DNA of 63,214 nucleotides, filler included, from Octopus bimaculoides (GCF_001194135.2; 6 parts of 5 records of this genome joined end to end with filler, not necessarily neighbours in it), one strand, 5' to 3'; positions 25,237 through 37,277 are shown, numbered from the whole stretch's first letter. Notes: a model not told the origin generated them from the sequence alone. A program made the numbers and translations.

Positions 25237-27789
25237 CATATATATTTATATACATATACAAACATATATACACGCATATAAACACTCCACAGTCACCTAC
25301 ATACATAAATATATCATATATGTATACTTAATCATATAGGTGCACATCGTATACATCATATACGCATGCATAAGCAGACATATAGTCTATCATAGCTGCA
25401 CACTTACATGCATAGGTTTTTATTAAGTTGTAAGATGATTGATCGAGTGCTTCCTCAAGACATTTCCATCTTGTCGTTTGTTTTTGCACAAATCTCCACT
25501 GATTAAATATCCATACTCTGTCAGATATTCTAGTTATATTTCTCAGTCACTCAGAAAGGTCTTTCTTTTGCCTCCGATATATTCTCCTACGCTTTTGCAT
25601 ATTTATTTGTTAGGTATTCCATTCCATTGTTCTCTCTACTACTTTAACACAGAAAAGCAATGCTCTTATATGTATATATATATANNNNNNNNNNNNNNNN
25701 NNNNNNNNNNNNNNNNNNNNNNNNNNNNNNNNNNNNNNNNNNNNNNNNNNNNNNNNNNNNNNNNNNNNNNNNNNNNNNNNNNNNNNNNNNNNNNNNNNNN
25801 NNNNNNNNNNNNNNNNNNNNNNNNNNNNNNNNNNNNNNNNNNNNNNNNNNNNNNNNNNNNNNNNNNNNNNNNNNNNNNNNNNNNNNNNNNNNNNNNNNNN
25901 NNNNNNNNNNNNNNNNNNNNNNNNNNNNNNNNNNNNNNNNNNNNNNNNNNNNNNNNNNNNNNNNNNNNNNNGATTCTGTTCGATTGTAAAAATATCGGCA
26001 ATCTGTACTGAAGATAAATAGACACTTTATTTTGAAAGTGTTGATTTTGAAACTATAGTCTGCAGATAATCGAGGTATGTACAATTTTCACTGGTCTAGC
26101 CCGCCTGTTTTTGCTCCGCTGAATCCGTATTTGAGAATTTTTTAAGTGAGCTTCTTCTAGCATTTTGACAGACCGGTCACTGGTCAATCTTATATACACA
26201 AGTACTATAATCTTTTTAGGATCTCGAAAAAAATTATAGGTACGTGAATTCCAGGCAGTGTTATCAAACGGAAATGCAGTTTTATCAGTTTGCTCTCTTA
26301 AGCCCGCGACAGTATGCTTGCATTGTGGTCTCACAGCTTAGTAATAAAGATCGTGCTAATCTATTTTTTCTTTTAATCTTTCAGTTAGTAGAATGAAAAT
26401 GCTCCTGACCTGCGAAACTTGGAAGCGAGACCGGACGGTATTCTTAAAAGCTACCCAGCAAAATGGTCTTTATTAAAGGCATCCAAACTCAGAAATGGTA
26501 GTGGTAAACCAGGTGATGGATTAAGCCTACCGACTGGGTAGGCCATGATTGGATTTTAACGTAGATGGCAATGTAATGGGAGAAATAGCATGATGCATCG
26601 TGTCTGAATTTTTACTATTCCGTTAATTAACCACCTAGGAATGGAACATAATTACAGGATCTGAAGAAATGTTATTTAAATGAAATTTAAAGCTGACCCT
26701 GATGGCATTTTAACTCGGAGCAAATTATTCATCCTGATGCTTCAGCGATTCTGCCAATTCGCTGCTTGTATTATTCTTAATATTTCAGTTACATGAGGTA
26801 ATTATATCAGTTTTAATTTCTCACCGAAGCCTGCATATAAGATTCTCAAATTTAGACTTTGATAGATTCTCCTCTGCTACAGAGTGATGTATTTCTAGGA
26901 AGGGTGCACAATATTTATCGTATTACAGCTATTTCCATTCTTGCCCTTGATAATATAGCCATTGTCCTCCCTGTCTGCCTGTATAGGCAAGTATCATATA
27001 GTTGGGGAGCGATACCTGTGCTGTACCATGTTTAATACATGGTACACCACAGGTATTTAATGATGTTGGACACCAGTGAGTATAGTGCTGTTCATGTTCT
27101 GCTTAACTACTGTAGGTCCACATATGCAGTAAAATGTAAGCATGCAGAAAATTGTAAAGAGCTATGATGTAGGGGGTAATAAAGAATATTGCAGTTAGTT
27201 TGGGATTGGGAGGTGGATGCAACGGGTTGGAAGGTAGAAGCAATAGGATTGGAGAAAGATAAAGGGACGAGTGGATATGCGGCGCCTCAGTTGTGAATAC
27301 AAGAGATCAAACAGACCCAATGAACAAAAATAGAGGAGACGAGGAGCGGAAATAACAGACACACGTACCAGAGAGCCTCAGAGTGTCTGCTGGCCATTGA
27401 ATGTCAATAAGTTGAGTGGCACTTCTCTGATTGAGGTCCATGTTTTCAAACTGGGTAGCAGAAGCATCGTTTCAGATATAGTAGCAAATAACCTCTTGCT
27501 GGCCTAATGAGTTTTGAAACAATGAAAGAAGCAGCCGGGAGCGAAATTATATTCTTGTTATTCATAGAAAGGTGAACCTTTTTTTTAGTAGATTCCTAGT
27601 TATGCTAAGGATGTTTTCGCTTTGAGGGAATCCTTGTTGAAAGTGAAACCAGCTCGGATTAGCAGTGATCACGAAAGTTTTAGATAGCTACAATTTAAGT
27701 TTACGGGATGGGTACTCTTTTGATTGCATGATAAATAGTGAATATATTTCTTCCTATTTCTTTTCGAGACGAACTTTCTCATGTCGTCA

Positions 27790-27955
27790 ACTCGAGTATC
27801 ATTGCAGATATTGTTGGACAGGGGAAGAACTGAATAGCCAGAAATGATGTGGTCAATTGGTTCATTGCGCTGATTGCGTATTCTACACAATGGTCTTAGC
27901 CAAATATCTTTTCATTATTTTCTCTTTGTAATTGTGTATTGCCAGGCATAGGTCC
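27790..27955 (-). mobile_element. RLE-type non-LTR retrotransposon fragment (R4/Dong/NeSL-like CCHC region)
   Basis: DLCLAIHNYKEKIMK (fs) PLCRIRNQRNEPIDHIISGYSVL resembles QDQCL.TRNY...IMK...CR.C....ETIDHIISGC. Both lost Cys codons are single-base changes (CGC, TAT). Confidence 0.55.
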
Positions 27956-27994
27956 CCTGTAACATAATCAGTTGTACATTTATCAATATTCATA

Positions 27995-28455
27995 CAGGAA
28001 GTAGTAGTGGTAGTAGTAGTATTAGTATTATTATTATTATTATTATTAGTAGTAGTAGTAGTAGTGGTGGTGGTGGTGGTGGTAGTTGTTTGGTGGTGGT
28101 AGTAGTAGTACTAGTAGCAGTTCTAGTAGTAGTGGTGGTGGTGATGGTAGCGGTGGTGGTAGTAGTAGTAGTAGTAGTAGTGGTAGTAGTAGTAGTAGAT
28201 GCTATTTTGTTGTTATTGTTGTCATCATCGTTGTTGTTGTTGTTGTTGTTGTTGTTCCTGTTCTTGCAGCCAGAATGGTAATTATAGTGAATGGTCTTCT
28301 TGTCTGGTCGAAGGAGAGCAAAATGGGAAAAGCAAACAGGAGTAATGGGAGAAGAAGAAGAAGAAGAAGAAGAAGAAGAAGAAGAAGAAGAAGAAGAAGA
28401 AGAAGAAGAAGAAGAAGAAGAAGAAGAAGATCATCATCAGCAACAACAACAGGAA
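27995..28455. repeat. (TAG)/(TAT)/(GTG)/(TTG)/(GAA)/(CAA) trinucleotide mosaic
   Basis: Directly visible; includes about 26 GAA units at 28351-28430. Confidence 0.95.
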
Positions 28456-28794
28456 CAACAAAAATGGCAACATCGATAACAGCCACAACAGCAAAGAGGG
28501 GGAAAACAGGAAGACAATGTTGGACGTCTAAAAAATGAAAATGACGTCGAAATGTGAGTGGAGTGTCCAGTGATGATGGACTTAATGATACTGATGATGT
28601 CATTCATGACAAAATAATGATGATAAAGTGATAATAGTACATAATTACTGGTCAAGCTGATGCTGTGCGCGTTTGTAATATCATCAGCAGGAGCGCCAGA
28701 AACGGTGGCAGCAGCAGCAGCATGCGGGGAAAATGGTGTTCCTTTTAGCCAATATAATAACGGTTTCAAATATCTGCACAAGATCCAGCATTTT

Positions 28795-28954
28795 GAGGGT
28801 GTGGGTGGGTACACATAGGATACTTATTTTGTCGACCCCTAAAGGAATAAAAGCGAAACTCATACCGATGGAATTTGAACTGAAAATGTTAAAAGCCGTT
28901 AGAAATGCCGTTGAGTTTTTATCCAACGCGTTAACGTTTCTGCCAACTTACCTC
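28795..28954 (-). mobile_element. SINE family B, 5' two-thirds
   Basis: TTGTCGACCCCTAAAGGA, GGAATTTGAACT, AACGTTTCTGCCAAC. Confidence 0.65.
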
Positions 28955-29399
28955 CATTTTTTAAAATCAATATAAAATAATATCTAACGTAGGCTGACGA
29001 CAGCAAATTTGGGGTAAATTAGTCGATTATCTCATCACTCAATAAAACACAGGCAGTTCAATTTAGTAATTCTAGAAGGAAGAAAAAGAAAATAGGAAAT
29101 GTGAATTTTACGGGTATGTTATACTCAAAGTAATGCACCGGAATAGTTATGGAAAAGCTACATCAGTGCCGCTCTGGGATAAGCGTTAATACATTAAACC
29201 AAATGCTAAGCGGGAAAATTTCTTCGACAGGTGACGTTCGGAGCGCAAATTTGGCCGAAGTCAAGTTTGCCATTCATCCTTTCTGTGAGGGAAAAATTGA
29301 ACTATTAGCGAAGTATTTTTGTTAGAGTAGATTAGGCACAACACACCCAAAAGTAATGTCTACTCTTCTGCGAAATCAGCAGTAGTAGCGACTGTGGGA

Positions 29400-29935
<536 letters not shown>

Positions 29936-31390
29936 AAGTAATGCTGAGCAGGAAGAATAAAAAAAAAGAAGATACAACGTAGTCGAAGAATGAAAGCAGT
30001 TGAAAAGAGAGCATTAATGACAGCCAAGATTATGGTCGTAACAATAACCATAGGAAAAGAAACGTATGTCTCTCACTCCGTCCCTCTCTCCCCCTATCTC
30101 TCTCTCTCTCTCGTACTTTCTCTCCTATGTACACACTCGCACTCATAATCGCGCACATACACCCACACATAATCACATACAAGTACATAAATACACACAC
30201 GCACACATACACACACACATAAACATACAATGAATATTAATAAAGATGACGCCATATATAATATGAACAGGCCTGATTTATATGTATGTTCATTATTCAA
30301 AAATTAGTACAGCTCACGTAGTGACTTGTCTAATTCATTTGTCTTATTGTCCCGATACGTTATACAACTTTTTTTGCTTTAGATATTTTTCGTTTTTGTG
30401 GGTGGTATTTCTCTCCCTTCGCTTCCCACGCTTAATAATATTGCCATCATTTGTTAGTGGATAATCAATGTGATATCAATTCATCATCTCATCCTAATAT
30501 CTTCTCATTATCTCTATATTTCTAATCCAGAGAACGAGAAGGAATATATAACTGATTTTGTGATTAGTAACGTATTTATGGTTTTCAACATAATCAATGC
30601 ATTTAGTGAACTTATGCGTTTTAGTGCGTTTCCTGGAATGCGCGTACAATTTTTTCATAAGACTCATTTAAGATTATACGCAGCTATATATATATATATA
30701 TATATNNNNNNNNNNNNNNNNNNNNNNNNNNNNNNNNNNNNNNNNNNNNNNNNNNNNNNNNNNNNNNNNNNNNNNNNNNNNNNNNNNNNNNNNNNNNNNN
30801 NNNNNNNNNNNNNNNNNNNNNNNNNNNNNNNNNNNNNNNNNNNNNNNNNNNNNNNNNNNNNNNNNNNNNNNNNNNNNNNNNNNNNNNNNNNNNNNNNNNN
30901 NNNNNNNNNNNNNNNNNNNNNNNNNNNNNNNNNNNNNNNNNNNNNNNNNNNNNNNNNNNNNNNNNNNNNNNNNNNNNNNNNNNNNNNNNNNNNNNNNNNN
31001 NNNNNNNNNNNNNNNNNNNNNNNNNNNNNNNNNNNNNNNNNNNNNNNNNNNNNNNNNNNNNNNNNNNNNNNNNNNNNNNNNNNNNNNNNNNNNNNNNNNN
31101 NNNNNNNNNNNNNNNNNNNNNNNNNNNNNNNNNNNNNNNNNNNNNNNNNNNNNNNNNNNNNNNNNNNNNNNNNNNNNNNNNNNNNNNNNNNNNNNNNNNN
31201 NNNNNNNNNNNNNNNNNNNNNNNNNNNNNNNNNNNNNNNNNNNNNNNNNNNNNNNNNNNNNNNNNNNNNNNNNNNNNNNNNNNNNNNNNNNNNNNNNNNN
31301 NNNNNNNNNNNNNNNNNNNNNNNNNNNNNNNNNNNNNNNNNNNNNNNNNNNNNNNNNNNNNNNNNNNNNNNNNNNNNNNNNNNNNNNNNN

Positions 31391-31891
31391 CAAATGTCTT
31401 CTACTATAGCCTCGGGCCGACCAAAGCCTTGTGAGTGGATTTGGTAAACGGAAACTGAAAGAAGTCCGTCGTATATATGTATATATATGTATGTGTGTTT
31501 GTGTGTCTGTGTTTGTCCCCCCATCATCGCTTGACAACCGATGCTGGTGTGTTTACGTCCTCGTAACTTGGCCGTTCGGCAAAAGAGACCAATAGAATAA
31601 GTGTTAGGCTTACAAAGAATAAGTCCTGCGCTCGATTTACTCAACTAAAGGCAGTGCTCCCACATAGCCGCAGTCAAATGACTGAAACAAGTAAAAGTGT
31701 ATATTTATATAATAGAGATCGATAAAATGTCCCCGTAACTTAGCGGTTGCGCAATAGAGACCTATTAAATAAGTACTAGGCTTCTAAAAAATAAGTCCTG
31801 GTTTCGATTTGCTCGACTAAATTCGCTGCTCCAGCACGGCCGCAGTTAAATGACTGAAATAAGTAAAAGAGTAAAAGAGTAAAAGAGTAAA
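31391..31891 (+). mobile_element. SINE family A (5' end in gap) followed by a tandem second 3' half
   Basis: 31391-31698 is a well-preserved body; 31728-31891 repeats TCCCCGTAACTTAGCGGTT...GACTGAAA.AAGTAAAAGAG. Confidence 0.85.
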
Positions 31892-32977
31892 GGGTATATG
31901 TGTATTTGTGTGTGTATATGTGAGTGTATGTTGTGTGTATATATGTGTATATATATTTATTTATATGTATGTATATGTGTATGTATATATATATGTGTGT
32001 GTGTGTGTACGTGTGTGTGTGTGTGTACGAGTGAGGGCGTTTGTGAATGTGTATTTATTTATAATATTCTTTCTTTATATATTTATATATATATATATAT
32101 ATATGAGTTTGTGTGTATATGTATATGTATGTTTATGTATATACATGTGTGTATGTGTAGAAGAAGAAGAAGAAGAAGAAGAAGAAGAAGAAGAATTGCA
32201 ATAATGCGTACAATGTATTCCAGTATTGCCGCTGCATTTCGATAGTACACATTCTGAGACTAAATAATTTCTAATTAACTGACCTATGTATGTATTAAGC
32301 TCAACCTTTTGGGACACTAAATCCACTGACATCATGGTTGCTGTTTATTTTTATTTATTTTAGTATTCTTGGCGTTTTCTTTGGTTTTTAACTGTGGCCG
32401 TTATTAGCTATTTAGCTTCTGTGCAATATAGCCAACTAATCGCTGGTATATTGAAAGCAGGAGAAATATATAATAGAAACAGTGAATAGATGAATAAGAT
32501 AAAGTAAAATAGAAAAACCACAGAGCAAGAAGGATGATTGGGGGGTGGAGGGTAAAGAAGAGATGAGCAAAAAATAGATGGTGAATAATGCGCCATTGGC
32601 TAAAGATGAAAACCTAATCGAAAATGGCGGTTATCAATAAAGTAAAAACCGAAAAGACAATCAACAAATCTTTTTCATTTTGACATTTTTTTTTTATTTG
32701 TTACCTAATATGTGGAGGTGTTTATTTTGTTCTGGAGGTGCAGGTGTTTGGACAGGACTAGGCAACCAATATTTCAGCAGATTTTTCTATCTCTATTTAT
32801 TGCTTGGTTAGTATCAAATATTGAAGTTATTTCGCCACGGAACGGGTCACAAAGTGCATTCATTGTTTTAAAAATGAACTTCTGTGCTGTCAAAAATGTT
32901 TCGCTTATATGCGAGCGAACCCACGAAAAATTACATAGCGTATACAGACATACATAGAGACAAATATACACACATAC

Positions 32978-33026
<49 letters not shown>

Positions 33027-33969
33027 NNNNNNNNNNNNNNNNNNNNNNNNNNNNNNNNNNNNNNNNNNNNNNNNNNNNNNNNNNNNNNNNNNNNNNNNNN
33101 NNNNNNNNNNNNNNNNNNNNNNNNNNNNNNNNNNNNNNNNNNNNNNNNNNNNNNNNNNNNNNNNNNNNNNNNNNNNNNNNNNNNNNNNNNNNNNNNNNNN
33201 NNNNNNNNNNNNNNNNNNNNNNNNNNNNNNNNNNNNNNNNNNNNNNNNNNNNNNNNNNNNNNNNNNNNNNNNNNNNNNNNNNNNNNNNNNNNNNNNNNNN
33301 NNNNNNNNNNNNNNNNNNNNNNNNNNNNNNNNNNNNNNNNNNNNNNNNNNNNNNNNNNNNNNNNNNNNNNNNNNNNNNNNNNNNNNNNNNNNNNNNNNNN
33401 NNNNNNNNNNNNNNNNNNNNNNNNNNNTATACATATATATATATATATACATGTGTATATATACATGTGTATGTATGTATGTATGTGGCAACACCTTCAA
33501 TAATGATACATAGGCGCTTAGCCAGGTAAACAACCAGCCTGTATGCGCGCCTGTGTGAGTGTGTGCATGTGTGTGTGTGTGTGTATGTGTGTGTGTGTGT
33601 GTGTGTGCCTGTAATAATCAAGTTGTGTATCACACATTAAGAACGATACAAAAAATATCAAACCTCATAGAATTTGATACTAAATATCGGACTACGTAAT
33701 TCTAATTAGCGTCCTAAACTATGAGCATCCTTATCAACCATTTTTATTAATGTCGTTGTTAGATTCCAGGAGGAATCTATACATATGTAGATATAAACAT
33801 GTACGTATATACGTTTATACGTACGTGTATACATACACATGCATTCACCCATATGTGTGTGTGCTTGTGTGTGTGTTATTTTGTGTGCTATCCACTATAT
33901 TGCACTCATGTGTTATGTATCTTCGCTGCATCATCGATGCTTTCTCGATTCATTTACATACACACGCAT

Positions 33970-34037
<68 letters not shown>

Positions 34038-34137
34038 NNNNNNNNNNNNNNNNNNNNNNNNNNNNNNNNNNNNNNNNNNNNTTAATTAATTAANNNNNNN
34101 NNNNNNNNNNNNNNNNNNNNNNNNNNNNNNNNNNNNN

Positions 34138-34515
34138 GTGAATGACAATGACCTTTTTGCGTGCACAGTCTGCGACAGGCCATGCCTGGCTTTGGCTGAG
34201 CTCAAAGCTCATCTGCAAACCCATGGAAAACGAGCCTCCACCAACTATTCTGTCTCTATGTCTGTGTAGACCTTTGAATGCAGTGTCTGCCAGAAGTTTT
34301 GCAAATCCAACGGAAGCATCAAAAGACATTTTAAGATCCACAAAGATCAGAATTTATCTGCAGCTCTTGGTGGTCCACGTCGGATGTGCAGTCTGTGTGG
34401 ATGTCTTTTCAGAACATTGTCTGGTTAAAAAACCCACATCAGATGCCGTGATGGTGCTAAGGCGTAGGTAGAGGATGTGGTCAAACGTTGCATAAGGAGT
34501 AGACAACTACCACCA
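34138..34515 (+). mobile_element. 3' end of an RTE-like LINE; ORF tail with three C2H2-type zinc fingers (pseudogenised)
   Basis: Frame from 34138: CTVCDRPCLALAELKAHLQTH; stop 34267; CSVCQKFCKSNGSIKRHFKIH; CSLCGCLFRTLSG*KTHIRCR; terminal TAG 34465-34467. C-x2-C-x12-H-x3-H spacing in fingers 1-2; finger 3 has CGT where His CAT is expected. The RTE assignment rests on the overlapping 36160-36299 piece. Confidence 0.8.
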
Positions 34516-34806
34516 TATCGATGTATGGATGAGTATATATATATTCTAGTATTAAGACCTGTAATGGCCATTCTGGACGAAAACAAATGAAACATGATGT
34601 AGAGTTAAACTAAGGATTAATAAAAGCATTGAAGGGTTTCAGTAGAAAAGATCCCCCTCACTATCACTTTCGTAGATCAGGACTACAGTACAAGATCCAT
34701 GCACAAGAAGCAGCGAACTGCAGCAGAACACGATACCACGTGGTTGAAAATCGAGCTCCCTAAGCACATAGTCTTGTTTATATCTAAAAGTAAAATAAAA
34801 ATGTGA

Positions 34807-34881
34807 TAGCACGAGTGGGGTTCGAACCCACTTGTCCATTGGAACTTAAGTCCAACACCTTAACCACTCGGCCATCGTGCT
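34807..34881 (-). pseudogene. tRNA-Leu(TAA) copy with an 8-nt deletion removing most of the variable arm
   Basis: Identical to the 35167-35249 copy except that CCCACGCGTACACTTG is reduced to CCCACTTG (+ strand). All other stems, the A/B boxes and a downstream T5 are intact. Confidence 0.8.
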
Positions 34882-35156
34882 GCTTATGCTTAAGCCTCTG
34901 GAAATAATGTATCTGTTTATGGAGATGAAATCAGACATGCAGCCTAGAGGGAAATGCTTTAAAATTCTTTCATGTCTAATAAAGTGGTCAATTCTCAACC
35001 AATTAACAACTCATTTACGTATCTCACTTTCCAACCTCATGGCTCCACGTTTTGTCCCACTGCCTGGCACCCTGCGCTAGTGTCTCTTGCTATCGGCAAC
35101 GATGAAAATCGAGCTCTCTAATCACATACTCATGTTTATATGTCTAAAAATTAAAT

Positions 35157-35161
35157 AAAAA
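35157..35161 (-). terminator. Pol III oligo-T terminator of tRNA-Leu(TAA)
   Basis: T5 on the minus strand about 6 nt past the 3' end. An equivalent T5 sits at 34797-34801 for the deleted copy. Confidence 0.65.
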
Positions 35162-35166
35162 CGAAA

Positions 35167-35249
35167 TAGCACGAGTGGGGTTCGAACCCACGCGTACACT
35201 TGTCCATTGGAACTTAAGTCCAACACCTTAACCACTCGGCCATCGTGCT
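35167..35249 (-). tRNA. trnL-TAA: tRNA-Leu(TAA), full-length type II tRNA (83 nt, no intron)
   Basis: Reverse complement folds as AGCACGA/TCGTGCT acceptor + discriminator A, GCC/GGT D-stem, TTGGA-CTTAAGT-TCCAA anticodon arm (TAA), 15-nt variable region TGGACAAGTGTACGC (one mismatch in its stem), GTGGG-TTCGAAC-CCCAC T-arm. A box TGGCCGAGTGG and B box GTTCGAACC intact; T5 just downstream. Confidence 0.9.
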
Positions 35250-35715
35250 GCTTATGCTTAAGCCTCTGGAAATAATGTATNNNNNNNNNNNNNNNNNNNN
35301 NNNNNNNNNNNNNNNNNNNNNNNNNNNNNNNNNNNNNNNNNNNNNNNNNNNNNNNNNNNNNNNNNNNNNNNNNNNNNNNNNNNNNNNNNNNNNNNNNNNN
35401 NNNNNNNNNNNNNNNNNNNNNNNNNNNNNNNNNNNNNNNNNNNNNNNNNNNNNNNNNNNNNNNNNNNNNNNNNNNNNNNNNNNNNNNNNNNNNNNNNNNN
35501 NNNNNNNNNNNNNNNNNNNNNNNNNNNNNNNNNNNNNNNNNNNNNNNNNNNNNNNNNNNNNNNNNNNNNNNNNNNNNNNNNNNNNNNNNNNNNNNNNNNN
35601 NNNNACTGAGCCTGGGATTCTGTGGCCAGAAACAGAAATATGTAAATGACATGTTAATCAGATTATGAAGTCTCTAATTATTAACCACGTCATTAGACAT
35701 GAAAGCATCTAAAAC

Positions 35716-35798
35716 AGCACGATGGCCGAGGGGTTAAGGCGTTGGACTCAAGTTCCAATGGACAAGTGCCCGCGTGGGTTCGAACCCCACTCGTGCTA
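35716..35798 (+). tRNA. trnL-CAA: tRNA-Leu(CAA) on a Leu(TAA)-type body (83 nt, no intron)
   Basis: AGCACGA-TG-GCC-GAGGGGTTAA-GGC-G-TTGGA-CTCAAGT-TCCAA-TGGACAAGTGCCCGC-GTGGG-TTCGAAC-CCCAC-TCGTGCT-A. Acceptor, D, anticodon and T stems pair perfectly; one A:C mismatch in the variable stem and a T>G change in the A box; T7 run 6 nt downstream. Confidence 0.85.
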
Positions 35799-35803
35799 AT
35801 GTC

Positions 35804-35810
35804 TTTTTTT
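35804..35810 (+). terminator. Pol III oligo-T terminator of tRNA-Leu(CAA)
   Basis: TTTTTTT 6 nt after the discriminator base. Confidence 0.75.
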
Positions 35811-36016
35811 ATATTTTACTTTCAGGCACAGGGATTGCTATGTGGTGAAGAAGCTTGATTTTCAACCACGTTGTTTCGTGTTCACTCCCACTGCGCGGCA
35901 TCTTATGCAAGTATCTTCTATTATAGTCCTCGACCAGTCCAAATATTAGGGGATAGAGCTTTTGTAGTTGTTCCTTCGTGGAAATACACACCCTCTTTTG
36001 TTATGCATATGCATAC

Positions 36017-36047
<31 letters not shown>

Positions 36048-36159
36048 GGTGGGTTGGTGTGTAGGTGTGTGCGTGCGTGTGTGTGTCTGTGTGTATGTGT
36101 ATATATGTATGCATGTATGTATATATGTATGTATGTATGTATGTATGTAAGTATGTATG

Positions 36160-36299
36160 TATGGGAAAAATTGTGGAGTGGAGTGAAAGCATGTAAGAGG
36201 AGAGGATAACACACGTAAGACTCAAGACAGACCCAAGGAAGAATGCATTGCGACGGTGAATGACAATGACCTTTTTGCGTGCACAGTCTGTGACAGGCC
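36160..36299 (+). mobile_element. RTE-like LINE ORF fragment lying immediately 5' (in element coordinates) of the zinc fingers
   Basis: Reads WSGVKA(fs)EERITHVRLKTDPRKNA(fs)TVNDNDLFACTVCDR, resembling the post-RT W..GV..FEE.R.....KR..RK motif of RTE-clade ORFs. Its last 44 nt match 34138-34181 with 1 mismatch. Confidence 0.7.
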
Positions 36300-37277
36300 N
36301 NNNNNNNNNNNNNNNNNNNNNNNNNNNNNNNNNNNNNNNNNNNNNNNNNNNNNNNNNNNNNNNNNNNNNNNNNNNNNNNNNNNNNNNNNNNNNNNNNNNT
36401 GCATATACAGGGAGAGAGAGAGATGGATAGATAAACAGACAGATAGACAAATAGACAGTTAAACAGACAGACAGGCAGGCAGATGTCTAGATAGATGTTC
36501 AGATAGGCTTTAACTGTCGAGTATTAAGGAAAGCAAGATGAAGTTTTATTGATTTCCGAAATGGCTCTGCAACGTCTGGAACGATGCCAAAATTAAAAAG
36601 ATAACATTGACTGGACAAGCAACATTTCATTAAAAACATTTCACTGTACAGCTTGGATTTTATCTAGACGTGCATGGCACACATTAAATTCGAAATAGAC
36701 AAAGCAGAGTGATGCTAGGGAATTTATTAGTGTTATGATATTTTGCTTACCATTCAATCATTAGATTGTATGGCTCCTATCAATTTTATTTAGATTTATT
36801 TGTCATCTCTTTATATTGAAGAATTGTTGTTTGGCTAAGTTGGTAAACACATCTATATGACAGTGTCTCCTCATATTTTAGGAAAAAAGAAACAGAATAG
36901 ATTCGTTGAATTTTTGTTGGGGCTGTTGTTCTATACACCGCCATTTTAGCCATACTACAGTTAAAAGATTGCTGGAAGGAAAAAAAAATCAAAAGATGTT
37001 ATTCCTAAGAGTCAAAGGTGAATCCAAAATTTAATTCCTGAGTGATTTCCATGGGGCATGATTGTCTATTCATCAATATAGTGCACAATTGCTTTATGTA
37101 TATATTTCGTAGGCAAAGTTGTAAATACAGAATCCATTATCATTTCCCAGAACGCTCCAAATCTTTGAGGAGAAAGAGAGAGAAAGATAAATAGGACATC
37201 TCGTCTGCATGATTGTAGTAAACTCTGTTAGAGTAGACATACATACATACATAATTATATTCGGGTATAATAAACCT

